The notes under the pieces: generated by a model
What the model saw: only the letters and a program-made list of their open reading frames with translations
Database searches by the model: none
What the model was told of the DNA's origin: nothing
Shown: positions 57,872-64,000 of the stretch, one piece after another
How positions within the stretch are numbered: the first letter of the stretch is position 1
Layout of the letters: each line of letters begins with the position of its first letter
Program-made: the position numbers and the translations under genes
NCBI GenBank assembly: GCA_963779755.1
Contig: CAVZZO010000001.1
Coordinates: forward strand, 1,824,001-1,888,000
Source: an uncultured Gemmatimonadales bacterium
GTDB lineage: Bacteria; Gemmatimonadota; Gemmatimonadetes; Gemmatimonadales; GWC2-71-9
Length of the DNA stretch: 64,000 bases
Direction of reading: 5' to 3'

Positions 57872-58794
57872 GCGGCCGGCCCACCGGCGTCCTGGTGATG
57901 GCCTACGGCGGCCCCTCGCGGCTGGCGGAGGTCGAACCCTATCTCATGGACGTGCGGGGATTCCGGCCCACGCCGCCCACCGTGGTGGAAGAGGTGCGCC
58001 GGCGCTATGAGGCGATCGGCGGGCGGTCGCCCATCCTGGAGCGCACCCGGGCGCAGGCCCGGGCGCTGGAGGCAGCGCTCAACAGCAACGGAAACCGCTT
58101 CTCCGCCGCCGTCGGCATGCGGCACTGGACCCCCTACATCCGCGACGCTCTGGCGGAGCTGCAGGCAGCGGACATCTCCCGGGCGGTGGGCGTGGTGATG
58201 GCGCCGCACTACTCGCGCATGAGCATCGATGCCTACTACCGCAAGGTGCGGGAGGCGGGGATCGCCATCGAGATCGCGCCTATCGAAGAGTGGCACCTCC
58301 TCCCCGGCTACCTCGAGGCGCTGGCGGCGCGGGTGCGCCAGGCACTGGAACGGTTCCCGGCCGCGGGGCGCGACGGCATCCCCGTCATCTTCACGGCCCA
58401 CAGCCTGCCCCGGCGGATCCTCGAATGGGACGATCCCTACCCGGGCCAGCTCGAGGCCACCATGCGCGCGGTGCTGGACCGGCTGGGCGACCGGCCGCAC
58501 CGGTTTGCCTACCAGTCGGCCGCCATGACGGGCGATCCCTGGCTCGGCCCCGACGCCGGCGACGTGCTCGAGGAGCTGGCGGCGGAGGGATATCGTGCCG
58601 CGGTGCTCGCGCCGGTCGGGTTTACCTGCGAGCATGTCGAGGTGCTGTACGACGTGGACATCGAGCTGCAGCGCCGGGCCGGCGAGTTGGGCGTGCGGCT
58701 GGAACGGGTCGACATGGTGAACGACGATCCCGGCATGATGGCCGGCCTCGCCGATCTGGTGCGGCAGACCGCCGCGGCAAGAGGCTGGATATGA
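57868..58794 (+). CDS. hemH: Ferrochelatase (coproporphyrin ferrochelatase CpfC type)
   Basis: MAYG.P, Y.AIGG.SP, APHYS, FTAHSLP, YQSA..WLGPD and EHVEVLYDVD. Confidence 0.92.
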   Translation: MSGRPTGVLVMAYGGPSRLAEVEPYLMDVRGFRPTPPTVVEEVRRRYEAIGGRSPILERTRAQARALEAALNSNGNRFSAAVGMRHWTPYIRDALAELQAADISRAVGVVMAPHYSRMSIDAYYRKVREAGIAIEIAPIEEWHLLPGYLEALAARVRQALERFPAAGRDGIPVIFTAHSLPRRILEWDDPYPGQLEATMRAVLDRLGDRPHRFAYQSAAMTGDPWLGPDAGDVLEELAAEGYRAAVLAPVGFTCEHVEVLYDVDIELQRRAGELGVRLERVDMVNDDPGMMAGLADLVRQTAAARGWI

Positions 58795-60194
58795 CCGAGC
58801 GGGTGCGGGCCGCCATCGTGGGCGGGGGGATCACCGGACTGGCGGCCGCCCTGCGGCTCTCCGGCCGGCTCGAGGCGGGCCGCCTGCTCCTGCTGGAGTC
58901 CGACGGCCGCCTGGGCGGGAAGATTACCACCGAACGCCACAACGGCCTGGTCATCGAGGGCGGCCCCGACTGCTTTCTGGCCATGAAACCCGGTGGGATG
59001 GCCCTCTGCCGCGAACTGGGCATGGCGGACCGGCTGCGCGGGACCAATCCGGCCTTTCGCCGGACCTACATCCGGCGCGGCGGCCGGCTGCACCAGCTGC
59101 CCGAGGGCCTCTCCGGCCTGGTACCCTCGCGGCTGGGGCCGCTGCTCCGGACCTCGCTGCTCTCGCCTTGGGGGCGGCTGCGCGCCGGACTGGAGCTGCT
59201 GGTGCCGCGCGCCGGAGCGGGCGAGGAGAGCATCGCGCAGTTCGTGAGCCGGCGCTTCGGCCGCGAGGCCTACGACTGGCTGGTGGAGCCGCTGCTCTCG
59301 GGGATCTACGCCGGCGACGGCCGGCAGCTCAGCCTGTCGGCGACCTTCCCCCAGTTGATCCAGATCGAGCGGGAGCACGGGAGCGTCGTCCGCCACATGA
59401 TGCACAACCGGCTGCGGGCGCGGAACGCCCCGTCCGCCGGCCCCGGGTTCGTCACTCCGGCCGGCGGCCTGGGGGAACTGGTCGAACAGATCACCCGGCG
59501 GCTGCCCGCCGGGACCGTCCGCACCGGCGCGGGGGTGACCGCCATCGAGCGCGGTCCCGATGGGTACCATCTCTTCCTGGCCGACGGCGGCAGGATCGGG
59601 GCCGACCAGGTGATGCTGGCCACGCCGGCCTGGGCCAGCGCCGACATGCTGCGCGACCTGGCGCCCTCCCTGGCGGGTGAGCTGGCCGGCATTCCCTACG
59701 TGGCGAGCGCCACCGTATCGCTGGCCTTCCCCGCCGGGCAGATCACGCGGCCGCTGGACGGCTACGGCTACGTCTCGCCCCGGGCGGAAGGCGGCGACAT
59801 TGTCGCCTGCACCTGGACCAGCAACAAGTTCCCCGACCGGGTGCCGCCCGATCAGGTGCTGGTGCGGTTCTTCGTCGGGCGCGCCGGCCGGGAGGAGATC
59901 GTCGCGGCGGACGACGCCACGATCCTGGCGCTGGTACGCGGCGAGCTGGAACGGGTCTCCGGCATCACCGCCGAGCCGTCGGTCAGCCGCATCTTCCGCT
60001 GGACCCGCGGCATGCCGCAGTATCATGTCGGTCATCGCGCCCGGCTGGAGCGGATCGATCAGCATCTGCGGAAACTCCCCGGCCTGCTGCTGGCCGGCAG
60101 CGCCTATCGCGGCGCCGGGATCCCCGACTGCATCAGCCAGGGCTGGGAGGCGGCCGACCGCATCCTCGCGTCGGCCGGGGCGGTGGCCGCATGA
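58791..60194 (+). CDS. hemY: Coproporphyrinogen/protoporphyrinogen oxidase (HemY/CgoX)
   Basis: [29 protein letters not shown] and GIPDCI. Confidence 0.93.
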   Translation: MTERVRAAIVGGGITGLAAALRLSGRLEAGRLLLLESDGRLGGKITTERHNGLVIEGGPDCFLAMKPGGMALCRELGMADRLRGTNPAFRRTYIRRGGRLHQLPEGLSGLVPSRLGPLLRTSLLSPWGRLRAGLELLVPRAGAGEESIAQFVSRRFGREAYDWLVEPLLSGIYAGDGRQLSLSATFPQLIQIEREHGSVVRHMMHNRLRARNAPSAGPGFVTPAGGLGELVEQITRRLPAGTVRTGAGVTAIERGPDGYHLFLADGGRIGADQVMLATPAWASADMLRDLAPSLAGELAGIPYVASATVSLAFPAGQITRPLDGYGYVSPRAEGGDIVACTWTSNKFPDRVPPDQVLVRFFVGRAGREEIVAADDATILALVRGELERVSGITAEPSVSRIFRWTRGMPQYHVGHRARLERIDQHLRKLPGLLLAGSAYRGAGIPDCISQGWEAADRILASAGAVAA

Positions 60195-61492
60195 CCACCG
60201 GCACCGAGAGCCGCTCCGCCGCCCTGTTCCGCGACGCGCAGGATCTGCTGCCCGGCGGCGTGGACTCGCCGGTCCGCGCCTTTCGCGCCGTGGGCGGCGA
60301 CCCGCTGTTCATCGCGGGCGGGGAAGGCGCCTGGCTGGAGGATGCCGACGGCCGCCGGTACGTGGACTACGTGCTCTCCTGGGGGCCGCTCATGCTGGGG
60401 CACGCCCCGCCGGCGGTGGTGGCGGCGATCGCGGCGGCGGCGGCCCGGGGCACCAGTTTCGGTGCCCCGACGGAGCGGGAGCTGGAGCTGGCCCGGCTGG
60501 TGCAGCAGTTCTTCCCCTCGCTCGAGCTGCTGCGCTTCGTGAACTCGGGCACCGAGGCCACGATGAGCGCCCTGCGGGTGGCCCGGGCGTTCACGGGCCG
60601 CGCCCGGATTCTCAAGTTCGAGGGCTGCTACCACGGCCACGCCGATTCCCTGCTGGTGAAGGCCGGCTCGGGGGTGGCGACCCTGGGGCTGCCCGATTCC
60701 CCCGGGGTTCCCCCGGGCACCGCGGCCGATACCCTGGTGACGCCCTACAACGACCTGGCCGCGGTGGAGCGGCTCTTCGCCCGGCAGGGATCGGAGATCG
60801 CTGCCGTCATCGTCGAGCCGGTGGCGGGCAACATGGGAGTGGTGCCGCCCGCCGAGGGCTTTCTCGAGGGGCTCCGGCGCATCACCCGCGCCGCGGGTTC
60901 GTTGCTCATCTTCGACGAGGTCATGTGCGGCTTCCGGGTGCATCCCGGCGGTGCCCAGGCGCTGTACGGTATCACGCCGGACCTCACGACGCTGGGCAAG
61001 GTCATCGGGGGCGGTCTGCCGGTCGGAGCCTATGGCGGCCGGCGCGACATCATGCGCCTGGTGGCGCCGGCGGGGCCGGTGTATCAGGCGGGAACCCTCT
61101 CCGGCAACCCTCTGGCCATGGCCGCCGGCATCGCTTCGCTGGCGGAGCTGGCCCGGCCGGGTGTCTGGGAGGGCATCGCCGGCCGGGCCGCCGAGCTGGA
61201 GCGGCGGCTGGCGGGGCGGGCCCGGACGGCCGAAGTGCCGGTACGGATCAATCGCGTGGGCACCATGCTGACGGTGTTCTTCTCCCGGCAGCCCGTGACC
61301 GACTGGGCCAGTGCCAGCGCCTGCGATACCGCGCGGTTCGGCCGCTTCTTCCGCGCGCTGCTGGATGAAGGCGTCTACTGGGTGCCGTCCCAGTTCGAAG
61401 CGGCATTTCTCTCGGCAGCCCACGGGGACGCCGAGCTCGACCTGACCGATGCGGCCGCCGCGAAGGCGTTTGCGGCCCTGGAGGAATCCTGA
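60191..61492 (+). CDS. hemL: Glutamate-1-semialdehyde 2,1-aminomutase
   Basis: [29 protein letters not shown] and [10 protein letters not shown]. Confidence 0.96.
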   Translation: MTTGTESRSAALFRDAQDLLPGGVDSPVRAFRAVGGDPLFIAGGEGAWLEDADGRRYVDYVLSWGPLMLGHAPPAVVAAIAAAAARGTSFGAPTERELELARLVQQFFPSLELLRFVNSGTEATMSALRVARAFTGRARILKFEGCYHGHADSLLVKAGSGVATLGLPDSPGVPPGTAADTLVTPYNDLAAVERLFARQGSEIAAVIVEPVAGNMGVVPPAEGFLEGLRRITRAAGSLLIFDEVMCGFRVHPGGAQALYGITPDLTTLGKVIGGGLPVGAYGGRRDIMRLVAPAGPVYQAGTLSGNPLAMAAGIASLAELARPGVWEGIAGRAAELERRLAGRARTAEVPVRINRVGTMLTVFFSRQPVTDWASASACDTARFGRFFRALLDEGVYWVPSQFEAAFLSAAHGDAELDLTDAAAAKAFAALEES

Positions 61493-61494
61493 TC

Positions 61495-62586
61495 ATGATG
61501 CCCGAGGCGACTATCGCGGGGGAGCAGTATCCGGGATACATCTTCGACGCCGCGCCCAGGAACGTCTACTGGGAAATGACCATTGCCTGCGACCTGGCGT
61601 GCCAGCACTGCCGGGCCAATGCCATATGTCATCGCGATCCGCGCGAGCTCAGCACCGAGGAGGGCAAGGCGCTGCTGCGCGAGATCAAGGCCATGGGCAG
61701 CCTGTTGATCCTGACCGGCGGCGACCCCATGAAGCGCCCCGATCTCTTCGAACTGATCGCCTACGGCCGGGGCCTGGGGATGCCGGTGTCGATTACGCCG
61801 AGTACCACGCCGACCCTCACCGAAGCGGCCATCGCGCAGTTCCGGGACCTGGGTGTTGCCGCCCTGGGCATCAGTCTGGACGGCCCCAGCGCTGCGATCC
61901 ACGATGCCTTCCGGGGTGTGCCGGGGACGTTCCAGCGCTCCATGGACGCGCTGGGCTGGGCCCGGCAATACAAGCTGCCGGTGCAGGTGAACACCACCGT
62001 CACCCGGGAGACGCTGCCGCATCTGCCCCGGATGCTGGAAGTGCTGAAGGCCCAGCCGGCGGTGCGCCGCTGGAGCCTGTTCCTGCTGGTCCCCGTGGGC
62101 CGGGGCGAAGACCTCGGCATCCCCAGCGCGGAAGACATCGAGCAGCTCTTTGCCTGGGTGTACGAGGCGGGAGAAGCCGCGCCCTTCCACGTGCGCACCG
62201 TCGAGGCGCCGCACTACCGCCGCTACTGGATCGAGCGCAAGCTGGCCGGCGGTATGCCGCGTGAGGCGCTGGTCCAGGCCGGCAAGCGCATGGGCTTCGG
62301 TATCCGCGACGGCAACGGCATCATCTTCGTGTCCCACCAGGGCGAGGTCTTTCCCGCCGGCTTCCTGCCGGCCCCGCTGCTGGGAAACGTGCGCGAACGC
62401 CCGCTCTCGGAGATCTACCGCGATCACCCGGAGCTGCGCGCCCTGCGGAACATGGATGCGCTGACCGGCAAGTGCGGCGGGTGTGAGTACCGCTGGGTCT
62501 GCGGCGGCTCGCGGGCACGGGCCTACTCGATGACGGGCGATCTCCTCGGGTCCGACCCGTTCTGTGCCTACCAGCCGGCGGCGTAA
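61495..62586 (+). CDS. Radical SAM/SPASM protein, AhbD/NirJ-like (resembles the TIGR04053 family)
   Basis: CDLACQHC, LTGGDP, VFPAGFLP and KCGGC...CGGSRARAY...DPFC. Confidence 0.85.
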   Translation: MMPEATIAGEQYPGYIFDAAPRNVYWEMTIACDLACQHCRANAICHRDPRELSTEEGKALLREIKAMGSLLILTGGDPMKRPDLFELIAYGRGLGMPVSITPSTTPTLTEAAIAQFRDLGVAALGISLDGPSAAIHDAFRGVPGTFQRSMDALGWARQYKLPVQVNTTVTRETLPHLPRMLEVLKAQPAVRRWSLFLLVPVGRGEDLGIPSAEDIEQLFAWVYEAGEAAPFHVRTVEAPHYRRYWIERKLAGGMPREALVQAGKRMGFGIRDGNGIIFVSHQGEVFPAGFLPAPLLGNVRERPLSEIYRDHPELRALRNMDALTGKCGGCEYRWVCGGSRARAYSMTGDLLGSDPFCAYQPAA

Positions 62587-62597
62587 CCGCGCCCCGG

Positions 62598-62633
62598 GTG
62601 GCGTGGAGCCCTGTGCTCCACGCCACAGTTTTT
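62598..62633 (+). terminator. Intrinsic terminator of the hem operon
   Basis: Perfect 12-bp stem GTGGCGTGGAGC/GCTCCACGCCAC followed by AGTTTTT. Confidence 0.8.
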
Positions 62634-62714
62634 CGCCGGCCTTTTCCCCACATTGGATCCGTCATCCGGCTCATGAGTTGAGCACGGCGATCGCTGGGTC
62701 CAATGGAGGAGAGC

Positions 62715-63392
62715 ATGGCGGAAACGCCGCACCAGCCCCGGCGCGGAAGCGCCATTCCCCTGCTGGTCATCTTCGCATTCCTGATTCTCGCCGGGATCCT
62801 GGTCTGGGTCGTCCGGCCTCGGTGGGCCGATACCGATCACCGGGAGGCCGCGGCTTTGCCGGCCGATTCTTCCCCGGCTGCGGAGAGGCCGGCGCGACCG
62901 CCGGCCGCGCGGGCCCCGGGCCCAGCGGTCTCGGTTTCGATCGGCCCGGATTTCGACGGCCGTGATATCCGGCGCATCCCGCTGGGCACCATTCTGAACT
63001 ACGCCAGCCGGACCTTGACGTTCGATGAATCCCGCGGAGGCGAGGCCACGCTCCGGGGCAGCGGCGCCAGCGTGCGGATCGCTCCGGAGCACTCCGTGGG
63101 GTATCTGACGCGCGATGAACTGGGCGAAGGGCGCATTGTTGCCCGCATCAGGAGCGATAGCGCGGTTCCCGATCTGGGGCTGGCCAGCGGGCTGAACTAC
63201 CTCTGGATGGAGCAGGGGGACCGGGGCCTGCGGGGCGTGGTCATTCCCGCCACCGCCTTCTCGCCGCTGCACCAGCTGGATCGGATTGTCGTCAGCCGGC
63301 CGGCCGCGCGGGGCCTCTCCCCCACCCGGGGGGCGTCCTGGGTCGAAGTGAAGGGTCGGACCGTGCCCTGGGTGGCGTGCGCGCGGTGCTGA
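62715..63392 (+). CDS. Hypothetical membrane-anchored protein ending in CxxC
   Basis: GGAGGAG precedes the ATG; one N-terminal TM segment; C-terminal VACARC. Start may be 62703. Confidence 0.65.
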   Translation: MAETPHQPRRGSAIPLLVIFAFLILAGILVWVVRPRWADTDHREAAALPADSSPAAERPARPPAARAPGPAVSVSIGPDFDGRDIRRIPLGTILNYASRTLTFDESRGGEATLRGSGASVRIAPEHSVGYLTRDELGEGRIVARIRSDSAVPDLGLASGLNYLWMEQGDRGLRGVVIPATAFSPLHQLDRIVVSRPAARGLSPTRGASWVEVKGRTVPWVACARC

Positions 63393-63478
63393 ACGGCGGC
63401 TGACCGTCTTCAGTTTCCCGCACCGGGCCGCGATGTTTTTTCCTACCGCCAGGCGCCGCCCCCGGGCTAGCCTGGTGC

Positions 63479-64000
63479 ATGGCGGATCCCCCGGCCCTTC
63501 TCGACCTCCCCCGTGAGCGTCTCTGGACGCTGGGCGCCGGCGCGCTGAGCCTGGCCGAACTGATCGCCGTCTTGCTGGGAACCGGCGGCCATGGCCGTTC
63601 GGCGCTGCAGGTGGCCAGACTCCTGCTGGAGCAGGGCGAGGGGTCGCTCCGGCGCCTGGCGGCGCGGCCCCGGGCCGAGTTGCTCCGGGCCCCCGGCGTG
63701 GGCCCCACCAAGGCGGCCCGGCTGGCCGCCGCCTTCGAGCTGGCCGCCCGGATGACGCTGGAGAGCCGGCCCCCCCTGGTGCGGATCCGCGAGCCGGAGG
63801 ATGTGGCCCGGCTGTTCGCCGCCCGGCTTCGGGACCTGCAAGTCGAAGAGTTTCACCTACTTGCGCTCGACAGCCAGAGCCAGGTGCTGCGGGAGATTCT
63901 GGTAACCCGGGGGTTGCTCAACAGTTCGCTGGTGCACCCCCGCGAGGTGTTCCGGCTTGCCATCGCCGAAGCGGCAGCCGGTATTATCGTTATACATAAC
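63479..64000 (+). CDS. radC: RadC-family (JAB/MPN domain) protein, truncated by the window edge
   Basis: Not in the ORF track. MADP..PRERL...ALSLAELIAVLLGTG...GVGPTKAA...EEF...GLLNSSLVHPREVF..AI...AA.II..HN. Confidence 0.92.
   Translation, partial: MADPPALLDLPRERLWTLGAGALSLAELIAVLLGTGGHGRSALQVARLLLEQGEGSLRRLAARPRAELLRAPGVGPTKAARLAAAFELAARMTLESRPPLVRIREPEDVARLFAARLRDLQVEEFHLLALDSQSQVLREILVTRGLLNSSLVHPREVFRLAIAEAAAGIIVIHN

Noticed and set aside
63479..64000. radC as a marker of a mobile element
   Set aside because: It is the long chromosomal form with the N-terminal PRERL/HhH region, and no mobility genes are seen.

Overview
This is a very high-GC, gene-dense bacterial chromosomal segment. 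Gene content and style suggest a Gemmatimonadota (Gemmatimonadales-like) organism, which is an inference. From left to right it holds: a peptidoglycan-recycling cluster (BadF-type sugar kinase, sodium:solute symporter, AmiE-like serine hydrolase, GH3 NagZ, NamZ) interrupted by an IscA/HesB gene; a CDP-alcohol phosphatidyltransferase plus inositol-3-phosphate synthase; 2-oxoacid dehydrogenase E1a/E1b/E2; and a redox-type run (PHP, peroxiredoxin, SDR, Cys-rich Rossmann-like unknown, TrxB, MBL hydrolase, Cys-rich microprotein, GT4, flippase-like protein). Next come aspA, Rrf2-MoeB, tRNA-Leu(CAG), smpB-amidase-TPR-pyrD-pyrF, a free-standing rpmJ-rpsM-rpsK-rpsD-rpoA-rplQ operon and rpmB. These are followed by a nucleotide-sugar cluster with carB embedded, then TPR-TPR-bamD-nadD-secA. 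The window ends with a complete coproporphyrin-dependent heme operon plus an AhbD-like radical SAM gene, and a partial radC. I see no integrase, transposase, prophage or CRISPR array. The main signals the ORF track misses are: (1) a Cys-free peroxiredoxin whose catalytic codon is an in-frame TGA (probable selenoprotein); (2) about a dozen hairpin-forming 7-9 nt tandem-repeat patches with locus-specific units, two of them translated inside CarB; (3) recurrent leaderless-type promoters; (4) a probable CTG start; (5) a 52-aa zinc-finger-like microprotein; (6) a head-to-head start-codon overlap of nagZ and namZ. All calls come from reading motifs by eye; no database searches were run.
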